DNA of 64,000 nucleotides from Alphaproteobacteria bacterium (GTDB lineage Bacteria; Pseudomonadota; Alphaproteobacteria; RF32; CAG-239): NCBI GenBank assembly GCA_045613125.1, contig JAZLAM010000020.1, positions 4,782 to 68,781 of the forward strand, read 5' to 3'. Shown piece by piece: positions 56,701 to 64,000 of this stretch (position 1 is its first letter; each line of letters starts with the position of its first letter). The notes under the pieces were generated by a model. It saw only the letters and a program-made list of their open reading frames with translations, ran no database searches and was not told where the DNA came from. The position numbers and the translations under genes were made by a program.

Positions 56701-57422
56701 TAAACATCTTGATCATTATCAGTAAGAAACAGCTTTTGCTCAGCAATTCTTTTTGAAATTTGTTGGCGCAAAGTTTCAAGACTAACCAAAACAAATGGAT
56801 CCATTTTCTCAGTTGTTATTCTTACCTGAATCTGAGCTTTGATATATTCAAGCTCATCTATACACATTGCCGGCCATTCTTCGCTCGAGTAACCACGGTA
56901 GGGAAGTTGCAAAAATTTAGCTATCAGATTATACGCATTGTTATATTGCTGATATATTAATTTTTCAACTCCATCAGCACCTAAAACATCACACATAATA
57001 CGTATAAAACTTAAAGCAGTTTTAGCTTCTTTTTGCAATTTTTCCAAATTTAAGGCTCCCTGATACATACACGATGCCTTAAATTCTTCAGTATCACCCA
57101 ATCGTATAATTCGTTGCTCTTGATAAGATTGATAAGCTCTTTGCTCATCAATCTGTCTGATAACATCGTTTGTAATAGCACACAATTCTTCTTCATGAGA
57201 TAAAATTACCGATGCAATATTTCCTATGGTTCCAGAGAAAAAATAAGAGTAACTGTTAAGTTCAAGTTTATCTTCATCTGAAAGTTTGGAACATATCTCA
57301 ATAGCTTTCCAAGACGTAGAATAAGCAGAGATAATATTGTTCCATAGGTCATTTTTTTGATCAAGTTTGTCAATAACTTCAAGTTGCATACTTGATAGTT
57401 GTTTAATAATTTGATTATCCAT
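56700..57422 (-). CDS. hypothetical protein (240 aa, predicted helical, no signal peptide)
   Basis: ORF with a terminator at its end; no recognisable motif. Confidence 0.35.
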   Translation of the reverse strand: MDNQIIKQLSSMQLEVIDKLDQKNDLWNNIISAYSTSWKAIEICSKLSDEDKLELNSYSYFFSGTIGNIASVILSHEEELCAITNDVIRQIDEQRAYQSYQEQRIIRLGDTEEFKASCMYQGALNLEKLQKEAKTALSFIRIMCDVLGADGVEKLIYQQYNNAYNLIAKFLQLPYRGYSSEEWPAMCIDELEYIKAQIQVRITTEKMDPFVLVSLETLRQQISKRIAEQKLFLTDNDQDV

Positions 57423-57634
57423 AATATTTTTTGTTTAATGTTAATAATTCTATTTATGGTAAACATTGTATTATGTATTAAATATTTTGTCAATGCTTTT
57501 ATCATAAAAACATTATATGTTAAATTTGCCTTATGTTTTTTTGAAGGTAAAAAGGAATAATTTTTTTAATTATAATAAAAAGACAAACTCCGCTGAACTT
57601 AAACAACGGAGTTTGGGTTAGATGATATAATCAA

Positions 57635-58144
57635 TTATTTAGATTTTGTTCTTGTCGCTTTTTTAACAACTTCAAGTTCTGATGTACAATGAGGACAACG
57701 AGTTGCTTTGATAGCAATATCAGAGTAACAATAAGGGCATTGTTTTGTTGTCGGAGCTGCGGCTTTTTCTTCTTTTTGTTCTGCAGCGAGCATTTTTTCT
57801 TGTAATGTGTTAATAGCCTTAATAAGTACAAACACAGCAAAAGCAACGATGATAAAGCTTATTGTAGCATTTATGAACATGCCGACATTCATGGTTACGG
57901 CACCTGCTTCTTTTGCAGCATCTAAAGAAACGTAAGGTCCCGGAACAGCGCCATCATTTAATACAAAAAATAAATTAGCAAAATCAATCTTTCCGAGCAA
58001 GATACCTATAGGAGGCATAATGATGTCTTTAACCAAAGAATCAACAATTTTTCCGAAAGCAGCACCGATAATGATACCGACAGCCATGTCAATTACATTT
58101 CCGCGCATTGCAAATTTTTTAAATTCATTAACAAAATTTTTCAT
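57635..58144 (-). CDS. mscL: large-conductance mechanosensitive channel MscL with C-terminal CxxC...CxxC zinc-ribbon extension
   Basis: MscL core ([21 protein letters not shown]...IMPPIG). Then Ala/Glu-rich linker and [18 protein letters not shown]. Confidence 0.8.
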   Translation of the reverse strand: MKNFVNEFKKFAMRGNVIDMAVGIIIGAAFGKIVDSLVKDIIMPPIGILLGKIDFANLFFVLNDGAVPGPYVSLDAAKEAGAVTMNVGMFINATISFIIVAFAVFVLIKAINTLQEKMLAAEQKEEKAAAPTTKQCPYCYSDIAIKATRCPHCTSELEVVKKATRTKSK

Positions 58145-58303
58145 TTTAGTTTACTCCATAAATCAATTGGTTATCTAATGATTTTTTAGAGATTTGTTTA
58201 TGAAATGTCAACCGCATATCGATTTTTCAACAACATGAATTAATTTAACCAATTTTATACATTTAGTTTATATACAGATAAGTAAAGAGTTGGGAGAATT
58301 TAA

Positions 58304-58855
58304 ATGACTGATACAAATTTTTTAAATATAGTTTCAAATGAGCAGATAGATATGGAAAAAGTATCCGAAGCAAAAAAAATTATACTAAGTTTACAAGCTG
58401 AAATGAAAGATTTTATTGCTAAAGGTTCAGGTCCGTTTTTAGCTGCGGTTATTGATGAAAATGGCAACATTGTTTCTAAAACAGCAAATAGTGTCGTTTC
58501 TGAAGGATGTAGCAATAATCATGCAGAGATGAATGCTATAAAAATGGCTCAAAAAAAATTAGGAACATATGATTTATCAAAATATAATTTGAGTTTGTAT
58601 GTAACCTCTGAGCCGTGTATGATGTGTATAGGTGGTATTATGTGGTCCGGAATAAAGGCCGTTTATTATGGCGTACCATCAAAAAGAGTAGAAGAAATTA
58701 CGGGTTTTGATGAAGGATTTAAACCGAATTGGTTTGAAGAGTTTAAAAATAGAGGAATTGTCGTTTATGGCAATATTGGGGTTGAAGAAGGTGAAAAAGT
58801 GTTATATGAATATGTGAACACCGGAAAAACTGTTTATCAACCGGAAAGAAAATAA
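58304..58855 (+). CDS. cytidine/deoxycytidylate deaminase-fold nucleoside deaminase (TadA/guanine deaminase-like)
   Basis: HAEMNAI (H(A/C)E) and PCMMCIGGI (PCxxC) zinc-binding motifs. Confidence 0.7.
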   Translation: MTDTNFLNIVSNEQIDMEKVSEAKKIILSLQAEMKDFIAKGSGPFLAAVIDENGNIVSKTANSVVSEGCSNNHAEMNAIKMAQKKLGTYDLSKYNLSLYVTSEPCMMCIGGIMWSGIKAVYYGVPSKRVEEITGFDEGFKPNWFEEFKNRGIVVYGNIGVEEGEKVLYEYVNTGKTVYQPERK

Positions 58856-58873
58856 TTTAATTAGGAGACGAAA

Positions 58874-59419
58874 ATGTTACATCCTTGGCATGGCGTTACC
58901 AGAGGAAAAAATCCGCCTGAGATAGTTACGGCGATTATAGAGGTTCCGAAAGGTTCTCAGACAAAATATGAACTTGATAAAGTTAGCGGTTTACTAAGAG
59001 TTGACCGTATTTTGTATAGCTCAGTGCATTATCCTGTAAACTATGGATTTATTCCACAAAGTTATTGTGATGATAACGATCCTTTAGATGTGTTAGTCTT
59101 GTGCCAAGAATCGGTTTTGCCGTTATCTATGATGCGTGTTCGTCCGATTGGCGTAATGAAAATGTTGGATCAAGGTGAGGCAGATGATAAAATAATTGCG
59201 GTGCATATTGATGATCCGGAGTTTTCCCATTATCAGTCTATAGATGAACTTCCGCCACATAGCTTACGAATTTTAAAACGTTTTTTTGAAGATTATAAAA
59301 TTTTAGAAAATAAAGAAGTTATAATAGAACAATTTTTGGGTGTTGAAGAAGCAAAACAAGTGATACAAGATGCTTTTGATTTATATGATAAAAATAAGGA
59401 TCATTTAGCCGGTCGTTAA
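58874..59419 (+). CDS. ppa: inorganic pyrophosphatase (family I)
   Basis: EVPKGSQTKYELDK and the DDNDPLDVLV active-site region. Confidence 0.9.
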   Translation: MLHPWHGVTRGKNPPEIVTAIIEVPKGSQTKYELDKVSGLLRVDRILYSSVHYPVNYGFIPQSYCDDNDPLDVLVLCQESVLPLSMMRVRPIGVMKMLDQGEADDKIIAVHIDDPEFSHYQSIDELPPHSLRILKRFFEDYKILENKEVIIEQFLGVEEAKQVIQDAFDLYDKNKDHLAGR

Positions 59420-59458
59420 AAAAATCCCTTACAGCTGAGTTTGTAAGGGATTTTTTTG

Positions 59459-59701
59459 TTACATATCAAGAGCTTTTTTATATGTTTCCAGTAAGAAATC
59501 TTCCTCTTCACGAGCAGAATCTTCCATTTTGCGAAGTTTGATAATTGCCCTCATTGTTTTAACATCAAAACCGGCACTTTTGGCTTCTGCATAAACTTCT
59601 CTGATGTCAGTCATAATTTCTTTTTTATCTTCTTCAAGTTTTTCAATACGTTCGATAAGTGAACGTAATCTGTCTGTGGCAATTCCACCAACTTCGGTCA
59701 T
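59459..59701 (-). CDS. gapR: DUF2312 / GapR-like nucleoid-associated protein (alphaproteobacteria-specific)
   Basis: 80-aa protein LRSLIERIEKLEEDKKEIMTDIREVYAEAKSAGFDVKTMRAIIKLRKM, characteristic DUF2312 sequence. Confidence 0.7.
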   Translation of the reverse strand: MTEVGGIATDRLRSLIERIEKLEEDKKEIMTDIREVYAEAKSAGFDVKTMRAIIKLRKMEDSAREEEDFLLETYKKALDM

Positions 59702-59827
59702 TTTTATCTCCTTTTAAATCATATTTTAAGTTTTTTGTGATATGGAATTTAACAAATTTGATTATATTTTACAAGTAATAATTTTGATTATATGTAAAAA
59801 AGGAAGTAATTTTTTTAAGGAGTAATT

Positions 59828-61249
59828 ATGCCTATTAACACACATACTAAAATTTTAGCAACAATCGGACCTGCAACAGCTAGCCGTGAAATGCTTGAAA
59901 AACTTATAGATGCCGGAGCTGATGCTTTTCGTTTTAATTTTTCTCACGGAACTCATCAGGAACATGCAGAACGCTATAATATAGTAAGAGAACTTTCCGA
60001 ATCGAAAAAAAGGCATATTACTATAATTGCAGATTTACAAGGACCAAAATTAAGAGTCGGAAATTTTTTAAATGGTTCAGTTGTTTTGAGAGCAGGGGCT
60101 GAATTTGTACTTGATTTAGATGAAACACCAGGAGATGAAACCAGAGTAAATTTACCTCATAAAGAAATTTTTGCAGCTATAAAACCAAAAGATATACTCC
60201 TTTTAAATGATGGTAACATTTCCTTGGAGATTGTGTCTGTAGAACAAACTAGAGCTGTTACCAAAGTTTTGGTTGGTGGTAAACTTTCAAATCATAAGGG
60301 AGTTAATTTACCAAACATAACACTACCAATATCAGCGTTAACAGAAAAAGATCGTAAAGATTTAGATTTTGCTCTTAATTTAGGTGTTGATTGGATAAGC
60401 CTTTCTTTTGTGCAAAAAGTTCAAGATGTTATTGAAGCAAAAGAAATTATTCAAAACAGAGCACTTATTATGTCTAAGCTAGAAAAACCAAGCGCTATTG
60501 ACGATTTGGAAGAAATTGTAAAACTCTCTGACGGAGTTATGGTTGCCCGTGGTGATTTAGGAGTTGAGTGTCCGTTACATAAGGTTCCTGTGCTACAAAA
60601 ACGTATATTATCAGTTTGTCGTAAATATGCCAAACCTGTTGTGGTAGCAACTCAGATGCTTGAATCTATGATCGAAGCACCGACACCTACCAGAGCAGAA
60701 GTTTCAGATGTGGCCACTGCTGTTTACGAAGGGGCAGATACAGTTATGCTTTCAGCAGAAACAGCAGTCGGTAAATATCCTGAACAAACTATTAAAATGA
60801 TGCATAATATTATTGAGCAAGTTGAACAAGATGAAAGTTTTTTCATTTGTATGTATGAAGATGAAAAAGATTTCTGTAAAACTGAAACTATGGGGATTAC
60901 TTATGCAGCAAACGAATTGGCTCAAGTTTTACCTAACGTTGGAGCAATAGTAACTTATACGGCATCAGGTTACACAACATATTCTATGGCTAAAGAGCGT
61001 CCTGATGTGCCTATTGTTGCAATTACTCCCAGTATAACTGTTGCCAGAAGATTGGGAATTGTTTGGGGTGTTCATAGTTATGTAAGCCAAGAAGTTTTTC
61101 AAAGTTTTGAAAAAGTTGAAGAAAATGCCGCTCAATATGTAAAACAGAACGGTTATGCAGATTCTGGAGAGTTGGTTATTGTTACGGCAGGATATCCTTT
61201 TGGTAAAGTAGGTATGACTAATTTACTGCATACAATCAAAATTCCGTAA
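59828..61249 (+). CDS. pyk: pyruvate kinase
   Basis: KILATIGP; MVARGDLG active-site motif; C-terminal effector domain. Confidence 0.9.
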   Translation: MPINTHTKILATIGPATASREMLEKLIDAGADAFRFNFSHGTHQEHAERYNIVRELSESKKRHITIIADLQGPKLRVGNFLNGSVVLRAGAEFVLDLDETPGDETRVNLPHKEIFAAIKPKDILLLNDGNISLEIVSVEQTRAVTKVLVGGKLSNHKGVNLPNITLPISALTEKDRKDLDFALNLGVDWISLSFVQKVQDVIEAKEIIQNRALIMSKLEKPSAIDDLEEIVKLSDGVMVARGDLGVECPLHKVPVLQKRILSVCRKYAKPVVVATQMLESMIEAPTPTRAEVSDVATAVYEGADTVMLSAETAVGKYPEQTIKMMHNIIEQVEQDESFFICMYEDEKDFCKTETMGITYAANELAQVLPNVGAIVTYTASGYTTYSMAKERPDVPIVAITPSITVARRLGIVWGVHSYVSQEVFQSFEKVEENAAQYVKQNGYADSGELVIVTAGYPFGKVGMTNLLHTIKIP

Positions 61250-61286
61250 AAATAGAATATTGAATATGTGGTATAGGTAAGCAATA

Positions 61287-61808
61287 ATGAAAAGATATTT
61301 TTATTTTTTCAGACATGGTCAACGTGTTGGTGTTGAAATTGATTCTACACTAGATGAAATTGGGATAGCTCAGGCAAAAAAATTGGCTGAATTTTTATCC
61401 GATAAAAATATTCAAATTGTTTATTCATCTCCTTTAAGACGTTCAATTGATACTGCTAAAATTGCAATTAATAATCCTAACCTTGAAATTATTACAGATG
61501 ATAGATTGATAGAAACAACTTTCGGGTTTTGGTATTCTGACGAAGATCCTCGGCAACAAAGAATTAAGGATAATTTTAATCGTATTAAATCATGTTTGAA
61601 TCAAATTATTGAAACAGATAATCATTCGAACATCGCAATTTCATCTCATGGCGGAGTAACACGAGCTTTATGTTGGGCCTGCGGTTATAAAGTTGATGAG
61701 GTAAAAATGTGTCAATGTTTCTGCTTTTCTTTGGATGATAATGAATGGAAATTTCTTGAAACTTTTTATACGGGTATTAAAGGTCGTGAATTGTACCATA
61801 TTGATTAA
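61287..61808 (+). CDS. histidine phosphatase family protein (phosphoglycerate mutase-like)
   Basis: N-terminal FFRHGQR (RHG catalytic His) and SSHGG second His. Confidence 0.75.
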   Translation: MKRYFYFFRHGQRVGVEIDSTLDEIGIAQAKKLAEFLSDKNIQIVYSSPLRRSIDTAKIAINNPNLEIITDDRLIETTFGFWYSDEDPRQQRIKDNFNRIKSCLNQIIETDNHSNIAISSHGGVTRALCWACGYKVDEVKMCQCFCFSLDDNEWKFLETFYTGIKGRELYHID

Positions 61809-61905
61809 ATTATAATAAATATCAGGTTATTTTTTAAATGAATATTTGAAAAATAAATTGACAAATAAGTAAAAAATTGTATACTGATGTCATATCAATA
61901 TATTT

Positions 61906-62541
61906 ATGTTTCACAATATAATTCTTCCGATTATGAAAAATTTTAAAAATTTTGAGAATGTCTATGTGTCTCTTAAAGATGCAAAAATTGCTACCATTTC
62001 CTTTTCTACACAAATGGTAAATGAGTGTTGTTCAAAATCTTTTCAAGTTGCAAAACAAGAGATTGTCTCTAAAATTGATGTAGCAATTGAAGGGTTGCTG
62101 GTTTGGTTTGATGAACATTGTCCGCAAAACACTTTTGATGCGGTGCATTCTGATTGTTTCTCTTATCCGAAGTTCTTTGCAATGCTTAAGAACAATCCTG
62201 AATTGGTTGAGAGTAACGAAAAGAAATTAGAAGATCTTCTATGTAGTCTGAAAGCTCGAGGTCTTTATGGTACAGGGCTTGAAAGCGTTCCTACTATTGA
62301 AGAGTTTGTGACGCCGGAACTTCAGCTCAAAAAAACTAAAGTTGCTAACGCATTGGCAGAATTGCAAAAGGTTGGTGACGAAAAGTTGAAGCAAGATTTA
62401 GCTCCGATTGTAGCGGATTTATCTCTGCGTCGTCCTAAGAGTAAGAAAGCTTACTATGAACTCCTGATTATGTATAATAATTTGGATAAGGAAACAGCAG
62501 GCTACGAATATGTCAGAAGTGCAAAAGAGCATCTTGTTTGA
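61906..62541 (+). CDS. hypothetical protein
   Basis: ORF only; several Cys; no recognisable motif; start uncertain (alternative ATG at 61933). Confidence 0.3.
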   Translation: MFHNIILPIMKNFKNFENVYVSLKDAKIATISFSTQMVNECCSKSFQVAKQEIVSKIDVAIEGLLVWFDEHCPQNTFDAVHSDCFSYPKFFAMLKNNPELVESNEKKLEDLLCSLKARGLYGTGLESVPTIEEFVTPELQLKKTKVANALAELQKVGDEKLKQDLAPIVADLSLRRPKSKKAYYELLIMYNNLDKETAGYEYVRSAKEHLV

Positions 62542-62682
62542 TGTAGACATTATTTCTTAGTTCGTTAGAAACCCCTACGTAAAACGTTGGGGTTCTTTTA
62601 TGATAAAATACTTTTTATAAAACATATTGACAGCTATAAATAAACATATCAGTATAAAAGAAATTTATATAGGAGATAAGAT

Positions 62683-63495
62683 ATGTTTAAATCAATTAAT
62701 TTAGATGATGAGATTTTAAGTTCAGAAAAATTTAAAAAAGATGCTATTTCTTTTAATTTAATACCTTATCTTATCAAAAATAAAGAAAGATATCCTGACA
62801 TCAGATGCTATTCTGATGGCAATGATTGTGTCATATTAAATACAGATGTCAATCATCCGGTTGTGGTTTGGACAAGCTCTGATTTTTCCGATTATGAAAG
62901 TTTAGCTTGTTTTTTATATGAAAATTTTTCTGATAATCAGCCATTAACACTAACAACAAAAAATGATATTTATAAATTTTTTAATGATAAAAACTTAGTT
63001 ACTGATTTTGATGATATCAGAATTCTCGGCGTTTATAAATGTGCAAAATTAAACCATATTGAGAAAAACGGATATATAGATACTGCAAAACCTGAAGAAA
63101 CAGAAACAATTGCAAAAATGCTTCAATCTTTTGATAATGAAGCTTTGCCGGAAGAACAACACCCGTTCTCATTTTATTTGGAAAAAGCGCAAAGCTTTAT
63201 AAATTGTAAGGATACACATAAAGTTTGGAGAGATAAAAACACAGATATAACATCTATTGCTTGTTTCACACAGGTCGAAACAAATGCAAAAATAGGGGCT
63301 GTTTATACCGTTCCTGAAAAACGAGGAAAATCATATGCAAAAATGCTGATTCATGAACTGTCAGAGATTATTTTAGATATGAATTTAATTCCTATTTTGT
63401 ACACAAATTTTCAATATGAACCATCTAACAAATGTTATAAAGCAATAGGTTTTGAATTGTTAAATACAATTTGTTCATACAATGTGCAAAAATGA
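62683..63495 (+). CDS. hypothetical protein with C-terminal GNAT acetyltransferase-like motif
   Basis: Motif A-like VYTVPEKRGKSYAKMLIHEL; good SD (aggag) upstream. Confidence 0.4.
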   Translation: MFKSINLDDEILSSEKFKKDAISFNLIPYLIKNKERYPDIRCYSDGNDCVILNTDVNHPVVVWTSSDFSDYESLACFLYENFSDNQPLTLTTKNDIYKFFNDKNLVTDFDDIRILGVYKCAKLNHIEKNGYIDTAKPEETETIAKMLQSFDNEALPEEQHPFSFYLEKAQSFINCKDTHKVWRDKNTDITSIACFTQVETNAKIGAVYTVPEKRGKSYAKMLIHELSEIILDMNLIPILYTNFQYEPSNKCYKAIGFELLNTICSYNVQK

Positions 63496-63554
63496 TATAA
63501 TAATTTTTATCAAATACACAGTTTTAATAAATAGGATGCATAATTATTTTTTAC

Positions 63555-63974
63555 CTATTCCCAAGGAAAGTTTATCCATAAACCGGCAGGCTCGGTTATT
63601 GGGGCAAAATCAGGTTTTATGGTTTGATTTTTATTGATGACAACACAAATTTTAGCCAATGGATATTTTTTGCGTAAGTACAGCAATGTTTCACCACTGT
63701 CACAAATATCATCGATGATATATGTAGTTTCAGCATTAGGTATTTCATCAAATGTTGTGTCAATCAGTTCAGATTGTTGGTGGTCATTGGCATAAGAAGA
63801 TAGCCTGATGAATTTTATATCTTTAATTCCAAGTAAATGGGCAATTATTGTTGCTGGAACCAAACCTCCACGTGCAACTGCAACGATTGTGATTTTTTCA
63901 TGGTTTTCAGATTTTATTTTATCTGCAATATCTTTGCACGCATTTTTGATTTCTGTAAACGTAATATTTTTCAT
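63555..63974 (-). CDS. gpt: xanthine-guanine phosphoribosyltransferase
   Basis: PRPP-binding YIIDDICDSGETL; VARGGLVPA; C-terminal LWINFPWE. Start set at MKNITFTEI. Confidence 0.8.
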   Translation of the reverse strand: MKNITFTEIKNACKDIADKIKSENHEKITIVAVARGGLVPATIIAHLLGIKDIKFIRLSSYANDHQQSELIDTTFDEIPNAETTYIIDDICDSGETLLYLRKKYPLAKICVVINKNQTIKPDFAPITEPAGLWINFPWE

Positions 63975-64000
63975 CAGACGCCTCCTTAAATAATGCATGG

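Noticed and set aside
1-64000. Mobile elements (transposase, integrase, phage genes), restriction-modification or other defence systems, rRNA/tRNA genes
   Set aside because: No DDE-transposase or tyrosine-recombinase motif was found, and no terminal inverted repeats flank any island. No ATPase-nuclease defence pairs and no rRNA- or tRNA-like sequence were seen. The accessory regions look like chromosomal islands without recognisable mobility genes within this window.

Overview
This is roughly 64 kb of a low-GC (about 30-32% judged by eye, not computed), gene-dense chromosome. Several features point to an alphaproteobacterium: a GapR/DUF2312 protein, ppdK, secD-secF-yajC, and the conserved mltB-rlpA-dacA-tmk-holB-tatD block. 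Their co-occurrence with low GC suggests a host-associated lineage such as Rickettsiales or Holosporales; this is an inference only. Housekeeping genes are well supported: sufB (partial), nlpD-like, yajC-secDF, metG, trkH, folA-thyA, rplM-rpsI, ppdK, tmk-holB-tatD, dnaJ, lolCD, mscL, ppa, pyk and gpt. Several lineage-specific accessory loci sit between them. (1) A 2027-aa giant protein on the minus strand at 36763-42846 combines an N-terminal M48-type HEXXH zinc-metalloprotease module with an internal UbiB/ABC1(ADCK)-like atypical kinase domain. I do not recognise this architecture, and the protein is a candidate host-targeted effector. (2) A surface island at about 6.9-14.3 kb holds a DUF4139/DUF4140-like secreted protein and a 1159-aa Asn/Tyr/Ser/Thr-rich repetitive lipoprotein. 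The lipoprotein carries a near-identical 576-bp tandem duplication. The island also holds an orphan type IV pilin-like gene whose promoter spacer contains an 11-nt homopolymeric tract, a candidate phase-variation switch, and a FadL-family porin. (3) A secreted 182-aa protein has 20 cysteines and sits behind a near-consensus sigma70 promoter. (4) A three-gene lipid-carrier glycosylation cassette runs nucleotidyltransferase, then GT2 polyprenyl-phosphate sugar synthase, then GT-C transferase, with hemW and galU immediately following. (5) A 670-bp intergenic region contains a GC-rich segment that may encode a structured RNA. It also carries an array of ACGT-core palindromes, including an 18-bp perfect palindrome inside a 42-bp hairpin. 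I found no rRNA, tRNA, CRISPR array, transposase or integrase. All product calls are motif-based reading of the supplied translations; no database search was run.
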